Assembly (NCBI RefSeq): GCF_009914755.1
Contig: NC_060942.1
Length of the DNA: 64,000 bases
DNA from: the human T2T-CHM13v2.0 reference genome, Homo sapiens
Strand: one strand, 5' to 3'
A program made the position numbers and the translations under genes. Every line of letters begins with the position of its first letter. Position 1 is the first letter of the stretch. Under the pieces are notes generated by a model, which was given only the letters and a program-made list of their open reading frames with translations, was not told the origin of the DNA and ran no database searches. Positions 14,261 to 27,800 of the stretch are shown here, one piece after another.

Positions 14261-17200
14261 GAAGTTAGAGCATGTTGGCCTTCTCGTGGGAATGGCCGTG
14301 TGGAGCTGTTGTTGATATAATCAGTGTGTGTCAAAATGTCCAGAATTCAGGAATCCATTTTTAAAGTTACCTGTCATTTGAATGTTCATTGGAATAATTC
14401 AGAGCAGGCGACGGAAGTACCAAAGAACTAATGTGGGATTTTATTTTTCAAAATCCCTGTCTTAAAAATTTATAGAATCACTGATCATAAGAATCGAAGG
14501 ACTTTTAGAACATAAGACTTTTAGGTGTGAGAACGCAAAGAGGCTTTCAGGCCTTTCAGCCAGGGGATGCCCTTGTTCAGTGAACCCTCCAAGGGAAGCC
14601 TCCCCCTGCATGCAGACCTGAGCCAGCGCTCAGGGTTCCTGACGCAGCTCCCGCTTCTGCCGCAGGTCGCGAGGCCCCACAGGGAGCACTGAAGTTGTTC
14701 AGAGGAAAAATGAAAAGCTGCTGGTGTAGTCCAGGCACCTCACTTTATCATAGGAATCTAGAGATAAAGAGTTGCCTGAGGATACACAGAATATTGAGTG
14801 TAAGAGCTGGAAGGAGGCCGGTATCCTGGGTCCTGGGTCTCGGGGCGGTGGACTGTCCACTTCTCCCTTGCTGCCTGTGGCCGTGCTCCTTGCCCAGGCA
14901 GTGACGGGCTCTTGGTGGGTGGATGCATGAATGAATGAGGGACTGACCAGAGGGAAAGAGCCTCCCAGCCCAGCCTTCACCACACCTGAGGATAAATGCT
15001 GCCAGGCACTCTTGTGCTTCCCATTTTGGGGTCCACGTTTCTGCTGTCAACACCTGTGCATCTGCCTCTGTTGATCCTGCCAGGTGGATATGGTCCTCAT
15101 CACCCACAGACCTCCAATACACATGGAAAGCACATCTGTCAGTGGGCGACGTGGAGCTCCTGTTGCGCTTCATGATTGATGCTGCTTTCTCTGCAGAGCA
15201 AAATCACGAGAAGGTTATGGGAGGTTAGTCCCGATGAGGGTGTATTAAAAGCTCGGCACAGTTGACTTTCCATCACTTTCACTAAGTTTATTTAAACCCT
15301 GCAGATTGAGAGCTGTGAATGGGCCTCAGCAAGGCATACAAGGCTCTTCACAATGGGATGCCTTGGCGCCCAAAGTCTACCTACCACGTTGTACACAGTG
15401 AGATCCCGGAACAAGCAAGTTAGGGCCCCCAGAGGTGCCTTTCTGTGTCTTGATCAGGGTGCTGGTTACTTGGGTGTTTTTCGGTCTGCATAGACTCATT
15501 GAGCTGGACTTTCTGATACACACACACATGCATACATACACATATGCTGTATTTCAATCAAATATTTTTTGAAAAAATGAAGTATATTTGTCCTTGAATT
15601 CAAAATCCTTTAATGCCTCTGGTCTCACACAAAGTAAAAGCCACAGGTTGTCCAGAGGCCTGCAGGCTCCCTAGGCCCCCCAGCCCCCTCGCTGACGTCA
15701 CCTTCTCCGCTGCCCTCCAGGATGTGTCCCTGCTGAGCAGGACCCCTGCCACTCCATGCTGATGGAGGAGCTCAGTACACATTTCTCGAAAGGAAAGGAA
15801 ATGTGTCTGAAGTACCATTGATCCTCATGAAGAAGGACTCATGTGTCAGGATTTCTGTTTAGATGATGCCATAGGGAATTAGGTACTTTATTAGTGCCTT
15901 TAAAATTATGAATTTTAATGGCTTTAGAGTTCTATAGACATTTGGTTTTCAGAGATTTTCCCTGTTAAAATAGGATTTTTATTGTGCCTGATTATAAAAT
16001 CATATATAAAATCCACAAGAAACTTGAAAGTTATTAAAGTGACCCCAGCATCCTCAGAGAAAGCCACTGTTGATATATGGGTGACGTCGTTTCAAACTCT
16101 TCTCCCATGTCCATTGCACTTATTGATATTTCTGTTCTTCCAAGAGTTTGAAAGGGGGTTCTTACCTACTTTCGGTACTGTTCTACGTAAGAAGTGAGGA
16201 AGAATGCCTCCTCGCATCTTACAGACAGAAAACCACAAAAGCAAATTCATTCATTCATTGGTTATAAACATAGACGGGAATCACTGTTATCCACCCTTTC
16301 AAGCCCTGAAGGACTTTTATGACTTTAAAATGCCAGGTGGTGTTTTGATGGAAAGTTGGGTGATTTGTTCAAGCTGCTCTGAAGGGTAATTGCAGGTCTG
16401 TAAGTCCGAAGCCTGAGAGTACTTTGGACTTTTAAGAGCACGTTGTTGCATGTTTCACTTATGGTTCTCATAGAATTTGAGACCCATTAAAATCATCTTT
16501 TCAGCACCATAATGGGAGCGACAAACCATATCATAAAATGGATTGAGTTTTTAAACATTTTTTATTACTCTCTTTGACGGGAGGCTCTTCTCTGGTAATC
16601 TTATTACTTGGGCAGATTTCCTTTTATCATGTCATATTCATCTTTCTGAAGGACAACTATGGTTTCAGCAGCACCACTTAAGATAGGACTTTTATTAAAT
16701 GCTTTGGGGTTAACTTAATTCATTAACACAGAATATAAACCTTCAAAGTAAATTCCACTTTGTTCCAAGTTTATGAACGGGAATGTCAGCCCGTCTTTGA
16801 GTGAGGTCAGAGCGTCACCAGTGAGGCCGGTGCCTTTACGCCGAGGTTGGCTGAGCGTGGAGCTGGCCTGTGACACCAGGTGAGGCATGAGCACTGCTGC
16901 ATTCTCCTCCCTCAGGTTCCCAGAGGGATTCACGTTGATAACACGCCGGTGCAGTCTCGCAGCCTACTCAACATGTGCACCTTGCACTGCAGGTTTCCCC
17001 AGGGGAGTGAGTGCGTGCATCATCCCCACGGCATTCCCATGCTGTCAGTTCCCATGCTGTCAAAAGCTGACGTTTAAGAAGAATCGCCCTAAGGATCGAC
17101 TTTTCATTTCTGAAAACTCTCAAAGCTTTATCTTCATAATTAGCTAAAGCACTACTTTCTGGATGCTGTGTTTTGGCAACTTTGTGGAAACCACTTTATG

Positions 17201-17581
17201 GAATCGAATATTTCAACCTCCCTGAAGGCTGATTTAGGAAATTACAAGATGGGGAGTCCTTTTCCCTTTTTGATAAAATTGGTGTCTAGGATAGCCTCCT
17301 CCTTGCTGAACAGCACCCTTTAATAAAAAGAGTGACAGATCCTGTTAAGTTTTAGAAGCAGGAGAGTGGCTGTTTCTGGTTGATTGGAATGCCTGCCCAA
17401 GGGCCAGTGAGGTCCCATGACCATGCCTTTGGTTTCCTCTTGGCTGTGGTGGCTTGTTTGGTTGGAATTCGGTTTAGAGATGAGTTCTTTGCAGTCAGTT
17501 TTCCTCTCCTCTTTCCTCTGCATTTCCTGATTTATGTTTTGTGTTTTACTCATTATTTTCCATCTTCACTGAATTTTACTT

Positions 17582-17879
<298 letters not shown>

Positions 17880-19742
17880 TGAATTTTCCTTTTATTATAG
17901 GATATCTTACACCTTGCAGGGGAACAGGCAGTGAGTATATAAATTAATAAAACATTGTTGTCACCTCTGTACTAGGAAATGTAAACTTACATTGTTTATG
18001 GTAATTTATGCTAATCTTAGAACCCATTAATTCTTGGCTTACACGTCACTGGCAGCTAGATTTGACCTCTTTGCTATTTACAATGTAAGTACATGGAAAA
18101 GGCACCCGTACAGAGAGCAGGTTCTAGACTTTAATGTCAGAAATGATGGAGCCAGAATCACTCTCCATTTTCAGGTTTGTGAATGATAGAAGTGTGAACT
18201 AAATGAGTCAGTGTTGCTATATGAATTTTAACAGAAATAACTAATGTAGACTACTTTGCCAATTCACAAAAAAGGCTGATTTTACAGCTGAGATGTAATG
18301 CTGTATATAGGTCCTTATTTTGTGACTGAGATCGTATCTGTGAAAACTAAGGCTTTAAAGGAGTGTAGGGGAAATTGAAAACAACTTTTTGTTGCCTGTT
18401 AACTAGTAGAATGTTGACTCTACCAAGCAGATTAAATTTAGTCTCTGTGAGGCTTGATTTGTCCTGCTTAAGATTGAGCATTTATCATTGCATCCTGACC
18501 GAGTTTAGGTTTACATTATTCAAATTTGTTAAGCTACTGGTCCTTAAAATTTTTTTTAACATAGCCTTTTTGTATATAAGTTTGGAATTCACAGAAAACC
18601 TTAAGATATTCCATTTCCCCCCTAGTTTTAGGGCTCCTAAAATTCCCTGTTTTTTCAAAGGTTATAAAATATTAGGACATTCCCTTTCTCTGAATCATTC
18701 TTTTCCTTTCTGCTCTCGCACATGGTATAACCCAACTGGCTGATGTTAGTTTGTACACAACTAGAATGACCTTCAGGACAAAAAAGGGTTTCCTCTCGAT
18801 CCGATGGAAATCTCGGGTTTTATGTTCCACTACAGGTAATTTGTTCTCCAGCTTCGGGTAAGTCAGGCATTATCCCTGGCCTGCTTCCTCACCTGGGAGG
18901 TGAGGGGTGGATCAGTGTGTCTAGGTCCCTCTCAGCATTAAGATTTGATGACTCTGGGATAACTCCACAACACAGAAAAACCCATCAGAAGCTTTATGTA
19001 GAAATGCAGAGAAGCGGAATACCCTAAATGTGGAGAAGATTGTTATTACCAGAAGTGTGTACAGCGATTCTAAAGTCTGTTGTTGACTCTGGAAGTTGTT
19101 TCTCCTAAGTTTTTTTTTTTTTTTAATAAGAAATCAAATAGGAAATTTTGGCAAAGAGGAATGCCACTTTCTTCACTTAGAAGGGCATGACTTTTTTTTA
19201 AGAAGAGGAGTGATTTAAATCTTATAGGTTATAATACGTCTATAGCTCCTGGAGGAGACACTGGTTCCTGAGCAACTCATTCTGTATTCCAGTCCAGTAT
19301 TATACATCTGAGGTTGCCATGAATTTGTCACCAAAATGTTTCTAATGTTTAACAATCCATGATTTCCCTCAACTTCTAGCTTGGCAGAAATACTCAACAA
19401 GTTCCACAAAGAATAGACAACATATTTTTAAAAATTTTCCATTGTCTTTCTCTGACTTGAGTTTTACTTCATGGAGGACCCTCTCTGGTTCTAGTCTGTC
19501 AAAGTGTAGTTTAGGGGTCAAAACTACATTGGTTCCAAAGTTTCCCAAATAGCCCATTGACAGAACAGAGCTCTAGCGACTGGGCCCTGTAGTCAGCAAT
19601 TATCCAAATACCTGCTTATTTTAAGAGATTGTATTTTAGTTTTCTTCTTTGTAAATTAGCAAATACCAAATAAACATTCCAATAAAATACCATTAACTAA
19701 AGAGGAGGCTTGCTGTATGTGAGCTACCTCTTTCTCAGTAGA

Positions 19743-19915
19743 CAGTGGTTCTCCATCTGCGCTGCCCATTGGAGCCAGGCCAGAGGGTGCCAGAAAACCC
19801 ACGCTGTCTGACTGCACCTCAGGCCAGTGAGATAGGACCTGTCTGGGACTCTGACCCCAGCAGTGCTGAAAGACGTCCAGGTGATCCCAATATGCAGCTA
19901 AGAGGAGGGCCTTTC
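19743..19915. mobile_element. MER5-family hAT-Charlie relic
   Basis: Starts cagtggttctcc and contains ccaggtgatcccaatatgcagc, resembling MER5 termini. Confidence 0.55.
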
Positions 19916-20301
19916 TCCTAGGGTTATCAGTTTGTTTGAAATATCACAATAATCTCGTGATTAGAGGACCTGAATGCACTGGGCTTTTGGGTGGCACAGT
20001 GTGCTGGGGACAGCCTGTCCGGAGTTGGGATGGAGGTGGAAGCCTGCCTCTGTCAACACCAGTTTTGTTAAGTTGGACAGATATTTACTGTGCTCTGCAG
20101 TTCTCATTCCAGCTTTAGCATTAATTCTTAGCACTTAATCACATTACAGCAATTTTCTAGTATTTTCTATATCACATCAAGAAGCCAATAAATTAAAATT
20201 CTCAATCTGGTCATTCTGATTCCAGTGGCCATGTGATGGAAAGACCTTACTCTGATATTGGGCTAATGACTCACTGCTGAGATTTAGATTTTATAAATTT
20301 G

Positions 20302-20608
20302 ATTTTTTTTAATTTTTAATTTTTTAGAGACTGGATCTTGCTCTGTCACCTGGGCTTGGGAGCAGTAGCATGATCATAGCTCACTGCAGCCTGGAACTTC
20401 TGGGCACAAACGATCCTCTTGCCTTAGCTTCCTGAGTAGCTGGGAGTACAGGAGTGTGCCACTGCACTTGGCTAATTTTTAAACTTTTTTGTAGAGACAG
20501 GGTCTCGCTTTGTTGCCCAGGCTGCTCTAGAACTCCTGGACTCAAATGATCCTCCTGCCTCTGCCTCCCAAGTGTGGAGAGTGTAGGTATGAGTCACTGT
20601 ACCCAGCT
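20302..20608 (-). mobile_element. AluJ (diverged)
   Basis: tttagagactggatcttgctctgtcacc..atcatagctcactgcagcc..tgagtcactgtacccagc. Confidence 0.9.
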
Positions 20609-23105
20609 GAATTTGAAATTTAATAGGTTGATGTTGTTTCCGTTATCTAAGAAGTAAGAGCCAAGCACATTAGTAGCACAAGCCTTGTTAGTGTTTCCTG
20701 AGTAAGGTTGAGCCTACTTAAGACAACAAGTGATTTGGGGAACTTTGTTATGCATGGGGCCATGCCCATTACAAGTGAGTCTCTCACATTCCTTAAAGTG
20801 GATTTGGAAACTGAGGCAGTGCTATGAGATGAGGCAAAATGGAATAAAATGGGAAGAATAATATCTGCTCTAATTATTTCACAGGGTTCTTATGAGGCTC
20901 AGATCAAATTATTCATTTATTCAACAAATGTGTGATTCACCGAGTGCCTGTCACAGGCTGGGCGGCCCTCTAGATTATGAAGGAGATAAAGAAGGGAAAT
21001 GTTTGGCCTTGGAAGGAGCAGCAAATTAGTCACTGCTCATATTTTTAAAATAGTTCATGTCATAAGCTCTTTGAAGAGGGCTAGCTCATTCACTTCCGAG
21101 TTTCCATGTCTCAGTACCTAGCACAGAACATAGAAGCGGCTAATATATTGGTTATATGAACGAATGAATGAGCCACAGAATTCATTTCCTTGCAAGCATG
21201 TCGTGTCTCCCCCCAACAAGTTAAAATTAGTGAAGTGTGGATGTGGTTTCATTTCTTGGGTAGTTTAATGTTCCACACCAACTTGAATATGGTAGTCTAA
21301 CCTTGGATCCTTTCAAACCACAGCAATGGTGAACTTTTTAGTTAAGAGTTTGATTCAATTCAGATTAGTATTCCTTTTTCCCAATCACTGTTTTAGCAAC
21401 ACAGGGAGTACCTGTTTTCGGTTAATGCGCTTTTCATGTTTGGTATAAATCCATAGTCCAATATTTCTTTTGGAAAGGAAGATAAATTTTTCCCTTGACA
21501 TCCCTTTTTTCCATTAAGTTAAAAAAATGTTACTTAGTAAATGTGATTTCAAACAGCTGGGTTTTAATCTTTCCACCTTATGGAAAGAGAGCGTTTGGCT
21601 CCAGCAGCACCCCCACCACGTGGCCCAGCCTCACTCTGCACACAGATTTTCTAACCTGGATGGCGCCGCTAGCGAGGCGCTTGTGGGTGTGCATTTGGGC
21701 TGTGTTCACATGTTATTCTAAACTAGGTCAGCAGCTCGGCTGGTTTCTTTTTCTATACTCTTTTAGGAGAATGTGAACAAATGGAGGATTATAATACGCT
21801 TTTTATACAGGTTCACAAAAATACTTTGAGGACTCTTAAGTTGTGTTTCTTTACAACAGGTGAAGGTTATTGTCTTGCGGGCCACAGTTCGCCGCTGAGA
21901 GGCAGGCTGGGCTCTCATGGGGTAGCCCCACACATGGTTAGCATCGCTGGAAGAGGCCTTGGTGTGCCGATGCCCAGCCTTTTATTTGAATGATTGAAAA
22001 TCTGAGTTGAAAGGACCTTGGACTTGATCCAGGCCTGCCACCCTTATTCCAGACAGACAGAACCAAGGCCTGGAAAAAGGAAGAGGCTGTGACAGTCAGT
22101 GGCGGTGAGGAACCCGGGACTCCTCCAGAGACTCTGTCTTCCCGCTGTGTACTGAGTGGGCCGTGCTGTGTGAATCCTGCCAGCTTCTGTGGTTTCCTAG
22201 GGCCAAGCCCACACTCAGAATGCAGGATGACAGTCACTGTAAGATGTAATGGACCTTTCTGTGCTCAAGTGTATATAATTGTGTAACTTCCTTTATTCTT
22301 CATTGCTTAAATGGATAGTAATGTGTTAAGTGTGCAAATTTATTTTAAAGTCCTACAAAACTGAATTCCATTTTCAAATATTGATTCGTACAGACTTTAG
22401 GGAGCCTGTGTTCAGTGTGGCCTATAAGGATTTGGGTATGGGACCTGCCCTATTTTTATAGTTCACCAGCATGGCCCTTTAGCAGAAAGCACACATGATT
22501 TTCCCATGTTTTACATTGTAAATTCACTGCTACCCATGCCTGGTATTATGCCTGATTTTTCTTAGGCATGAGAGGAATGAACATCAGAGAGGTGAAATAT
22601 GTTGTCCAGATTCTCACCACAGGACAGTGGCAAGTGGGAGATAAAATGTCTGAGTGTTCTTTTGTTAAGCCAGCGCTCCTGAGTTCTGATGGCCCCTGCC
22701 ACGGCTGGCTGCACGGGCTCCCCCATTCTCGGAAGTGTGGAGAACTGCCAAGGATGTTTTCAAACCGAATAATAGAGCCCCACAGCTATGACTTTTGCAG
22801 AGCAGGTTGTGGAAAGAAAGAGAGCACCTGTGCTACTGTGTGGGCAGTGCCGTAGAGTGAGGCGTGCAAGGTGGGCCTCGGTGCCCCTGTGGAGTGCAGG
22901 AGGGCACCATCCTGTGTGTTTCAGACGAGGAAGGTCCTTACCCAGATGGCCCTTCTCTGAGTTTAGTGTCCTGGGCTCTCCAGATAGTCTGAGCTCCCAA
23001 ACAATCATGGCATGCAAATGGGGGAAAGAAAAACCAACGACAGTCACAGCTCAAGAGCACCAAGCTTGCATTGACTGCTCCATGCTTTATATTGTACTTT
23101 TTCAG

Positions 23106-23246
23106 AGTGCAAATTCACCTGCACCAGTGGTAAATGCTTGTATCTTGGTTCGCTGGTCTGTAACCAACAGAACGACTGTGGGGACAACAGTGACGAAGAG
23201 AACTGTCTCCTGGTGACCGAGCACCCGCCTCCGGGCATCTTCAACT
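23106..23246 (+). CDS. LDLRAD4: LDLRAD4 internal coding exon, LDL-receptor class A domain: (E)CKFTCTSGKCLYLGSLVCNQQNDCGDNSDEENCLLVTEHPPPGIFN(S)
   Basis: Acceptor tgtactttttcag| ends at 23105, with branch-like TTGAC at 23071-23075. Donor |gtaagt at 23247-23252. The exon is 141 nt, phase 1-1 and stop-free, with six Cys and the DCxDxSDE calcium-cage motif. Confidence 0.97.
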
Positions 23247-24734
23247 GTAAGTCTCTCCTCCCACCTGGGTGGCACTGTCTGATGTGGTTCTGAAACGGTT
23301 AGGAGGTGGGGTCACTGGGACATGGGAAGGAGGTTGTTTTCTGGTTAAGGAAAGAGATTTGCATTTTCACAAAGGAAATGTTTTCTTCTTTTAGGATAGA
23401 GGGACAGCATGTTCAAAAGTCAGAAATTTGTTCTGTTCTCTAAAGTGGTCAGCGGAGCTGTTTTGAAATAGGCTTTTGCTGTTTGTCTGAGCAATGCCTG
23501 GATTCCAGGAAATCATGTATTGATTTAGTATTCTTCATACCAACATTACTACTTCAGAAGTAATTTTAAATAAGCAAAGAAAGATATGTGGAAGGTACAT
23601 AATTAATCATGCAACTGAAATATGAAAGTAGAAAAATTTACATGGGATCCTTGAAGGTTCTGATCATGTGTTTTTCTATTAGATACTGGATGGAAACAGC
23701 TTGAGTGAGGTTTTGACATGTGTGAATCCCCAAGGCTGAGGCTTTGAGCATTTCTTGAATTTGAAGAAGTGGAGTCAGAGTTTGAAGTTCGTTGGTTTTC
23801 GATCTCATGGTTTTTGTGACAAGGAAAGAGAAAGAAGGCAGCTTTGAAAGCCCGCTGAACTTCTCTTAGGAAAAGTGGCTTACTGTTTTCTGTGTTTCTC
23901 TGGGCTAAGTGAAGGGGGTTGAGGCTGAGGATCTTTCTGCAGTTGCACACCTTGGGAAGAGCGTTGGCCGGGCCGACCCTCCTCACACGGCCTTCTTACT
24001 GAGATCATTTTATGATGCATTGAGCTTCTCTCCCCAGTTTTACTGACATTATTTTGAGGAGTTATATTTGAGACAGATTTTAAAATTTTTGTTATGGAAA
24101 TTAGACTACATAAATACCAGTGCTGCAAATGTGAAAATGGGAGGGGATTTAAAAAAAGAAACTATTTTCTGTATTCCTACTGTATTTTTATATGGGGGGC
24201 AAGTTACGTATGTCCCCAATATAAAAATGACTGTGCTCTAGCAAATTTTAAGCCTGCTATTTATGCTTGCTAAATTCAAGAGTCTTATAGTACAAATAGT
24301 TTTTCTCAAGTTTTTCTATTGTATTCCCATTTGCATTTTCTCCTACCAAGCGCTCTTTGAGTCCCATCTCTATACTTTGCAAAGACAGTTCTTGGAGGTT
24401 CAGGCTGGGCGCGTGCTTGCCTGGCATTGGGTCCGTGTTTTGTGCGGTAGTCTCTGTGTAATACAGCTTGCCTCTCACCTGGAGTCATCTGGCCTGCAGG
24501 CCCCTGCTCCCCCAAGGCCCAGGATGGCCCGGAGGCACTTGCTCTGGGTGTGCTACTTAGTGCATGGAACCAGGGCTGGGTGCAGGAAGAGGGAGGAAGG
24601 CTGCAGGTCAGGATGGGGGACTGGGAGCTGGGTGAGCACCTCCCTGAGGATGAGCAGGCAGCAGGCCAGAGGGTCGGGAGCCCTGAGGAACCCTGCTTGT
24701 TGGCCTTTCCACATGGATGGAACAATGATGTTTT

Positions 24735-24860
24735 CATCTCCTGAGCCTCAGTGCCCTCATCTCCACAATGGGGACATAAGAATGGTTATTGGAGTATCAC
24801 ACAGGACAATCCACAGCCAGCACTTAGAGCAGCATATTCCAGGCGCTAAGCACTCAAGAT
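24735..24860 (+). mobile_element. MIR fragment
   Basis: ctgagcctcagtgccctcatctccacaatgggga..cagcacttagagcag..aagcactcaa. Confidence 0.6.
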
Positions 24861-27800
24861 TACCTCAACCCAGGCTTGGGGTCTTAGAAGGAGGTGAGTA
24901 CAAGCAGCATCTTACTCTGTTTTCTCTGGACTTGACTAACAGCAGACACACCACGGTAAGCTGTGTAGAGAATATCAGGACCTTGTGTGCTGCCTTGACT
25001 GGGTTCAGAGTTCTGGAGCCCCGGCCTCTGCTCTGGGGCGCTCCACAGGCCTCTTCTGGTCTGCGGGCTCCTCCTTTACTTCAGGGCCCTTTTGCCGAGG
25101 GCTTCCTTGTTTTCAACCCTCCTTCCTACCCTTCCCTCCTCCCTCGCTCCCTTTCTTGTCAGTATTCTTTCCGGTTTTTGAGGCCTATCTCCAGATCGCT
25201 TTTCCACTCATTTTTTAAAATGCGAGCACTTTAATTCTGCCTAGAAGCCGAGGGAGCAGTTACATCCATCAGTGGCTCAACTTTGCCCTAACAGAGGAGT
25301 CTTACGATCCTGTTGGCAAACTCTTGGCCCCCTACTGTTCAGATATGACTAGAACTTTTGTCTTTATAGCTAAAATGGGATATTATTTACAATATACTCT
25401 CTTCTAAGAAGACTGGAGAGCCAGGAGACGGAATGACAAAGGGCAGGACTGTGGCTGTGGCTTCAGATTGATCTGGGTTCAAGGTTCGGCCTAGGGGAGT
25501 GACAGCTCCTTTCAGCTTGGTTTCTCTCCCTGTGGAACAGGCACACTTCCTGCCGTGTAAGCATCTAAAGGAAAGAACGTCCATGGGAAACACAGTCTAT
25601 GTCATCGTGTTGCAGTTGCCATCTCCACTCCCCACGTGGCCCTTCCTGGGGAGTGCACTGCTGTGACTTTGTATGGTTTATCTGTAATGTCAGAGCCATT
25701 GTGTACACGGAGCAGGAATTCACGGGTGTCCACAAGTGCACTTGCCCAGTGATCCTGGATGATTCTCCCTATTCTGTCCCCTGGGGAAGGCTGCCACCTG
25801 GCCTGTGGCTGCCCCCTACGTTCCCCTCAGGTTCTCTGCAGGAGCCCGAGGGAGCTGGGCGAGTGGTCATGGGGAGACGCTCACGGCGCGGGTTGCCTCT
25901 GGATTGTTCTGTGTGGCTGGGAGCTCCGGGGCAGGTGGTGGTTTCTCTGTCTTCTGCTGCAGCTCACCTCTGCCAGGTGTGTGGCTTCCCAGGGGAGGAG
26001 GCCAGAGGGTGGCCTCGTATTGAATGGCTATATATTCTCTTCCCCGTATTCTGTTGGGCAGCGAACAGGGATATTTCACTTCCTGTTAATAGCTGTGAAC
26101 AAGCCTTAGAGCCTCGGGTGTTAGTGGATGACACTTTTTATTGGATCCTTCACCAGCCCGTTTCCTACAGCAGGCAGACAGCCTGCCTTTCATGGTGTGC
26201 TGCTCTGACGGTAAGGTCCCCTTCCTCTCCACCTGGACGGAATCAGAGTATCCCACGAACTCTTGTCTATGAAGTGCCATGCTTCAGAAAGGCGATGCCT
26301 CATTCTTCTTCCTGCTTAGGAGCAGGATTGGCTTGTGTGATCTATGTCACCTTGTTCCCACCTGGGGGATATACTCAGTGTTCCGGATCTGAGGGCACTG
26401 AGGCTGAAGCGAGGTGAGACCTTCTGGATTTCCAGATGAGCTAGAATCAGTTTAGTTTCCTGGCCGTGCCGTTAGCTTTGAGTATGCTCCATGGCTCAGA
26501 TGTCTTGGCCATATCTCCCATTTGATATTTGCTAAATTTCAGCATGAATTAAAGTTAACAAGAAAATGTTACTGTTATTTGTAAAGCCAGCAATACTAAG
26601 AATCACAGAAGCTCTGAAAGTTGCTCTAAGTAGCTTTTATCTTCAAACAAAAATGTGTTTGGAGCCCAGGCTGAGGCATAGTGGGTTTCATCTGCCTTTT
26701 GCCTCTCCTCACCATGGTCAGGTTATGGTTGGACCGAGGCTGCTTTATTCTGCTGAGAGACCAAAGGGTTTTGCATGGACGTGGAGGTCTGGGCTGACAT
26801 CCATTATCTCCTGGGGAATGAGTTTTCCTGGCTGCATCTTTCTGTGGAAGAGGAAATATGCTGTCAGCCTAAGTTGCCAGGTTTTGTCACATCTTTTCTC
26901 TGGCTGCTCTATCAAAATATTGTACCCCGAGCACTAAACATACAAATTACACAAACACAATTATTTGTTATTTACACAAATAAAATAATTATACAAATTA
27001 TTCCTTATACAAACAAAATTATTTATGAAGTACCTTCTCTGGTCATTGTACTAGGCCTTGTGGAAACGAGGAATGAAGGAAAATATAGACCCTGCTATCA
27101 AGGTGCTGAGAGTGGGGAGGCGAATTCACACCTGCACAAAGATAACTAAAAATGGGCCCAGGGAGTGAGGGCCGAGCGGGTCCAGTCATTCGTAGTTCAG
27201 GGGATAGAGAGATTCATCCTGGTTGGATTAGTGGTCACAGTGGCTTCCTGGAGTAGGTGTGCTGGATGGCAAGAGGAGAGGACAGAGTGCCAGGGCCCAG
27301 AAGAGCATGAGCGTAGGTTGGCAATGAGGGTGGCGCTGTCTTGGGACAGAAGGACATGGCTGGGGCCCGCGTGGGGCACGGCTGAGAAAGTGGGTTGGGC
27401 CTAGAGAGACAGAAGCCAATGTATAAGGCTGCACCTCCTGCCCTGGTCCTAGGACGGGCCACCTGCTGGCCGGCCGGCTGCGGGGAGCCTGAGGCTGGCA
27501 TCCCACTTGGTGGACCTGCCACCTCATTGTTCCTGCCCAGCCAAGCACGTCCTGTGGTGCTGTGTTTCCAAAGCCCCTTGGCCACATCTTAGTGGGGGAC
27601 AGCAGCGTTCCTTCGACCGTCCAGAAGCGATAATTGAGTGGTCTGTGCAGCCTGGCAAGTGCCACGCCCTCCGAAAGCCTTGGTGAGCACAGACCCCCGA
27701 AGCCAGCGCTGCTGAGGGATTCTCACCACTGGACCTTAAGAGTAAGGTCAGCGTCGACAAGAAGCCACAACTTTCCCTTTGAGCTTCAGTGGAATTTCCA

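Noticed and set aside
21640-21685. CpG-rich GGATGGCGCCGCTAGCGAGGCGCT as a CTCF site
   Set aside because: It needs a gap or several mismatches to fit the CTCF core; too weak to call.
21841-21942. Strong acceptor tgtttctttacaacAG|GTgaag as an extra exon or recursive site
   Set aside because: The reconstituted donor GTGAAG and the downstream donor GTTAGC are weak, and such acceptors are common in long introns.
22788-23216. 142-aa ORF overlapping the LDLa exon
   Set aside because: Wrong frame; the Cys/DCxDxSDE pattern and splice sites define a different frame for the real exon.
24263-25234. Longest ORF in the window (323 aa, + strand)
   Set aside because: No recognisable domain, it runs through a MIR fragment, its composition is typical of translated non-coding DNA, and it has no promoter or splice support. 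Ribo-seq or PhyloCSF evidence would be needed to revive it.
25599-26417. 272-aa ORF (+ strand)
   Set aside because: GC-rich intronic sequence with overlapping ORFs in several frames and no family motif; most likely a chance open frame.
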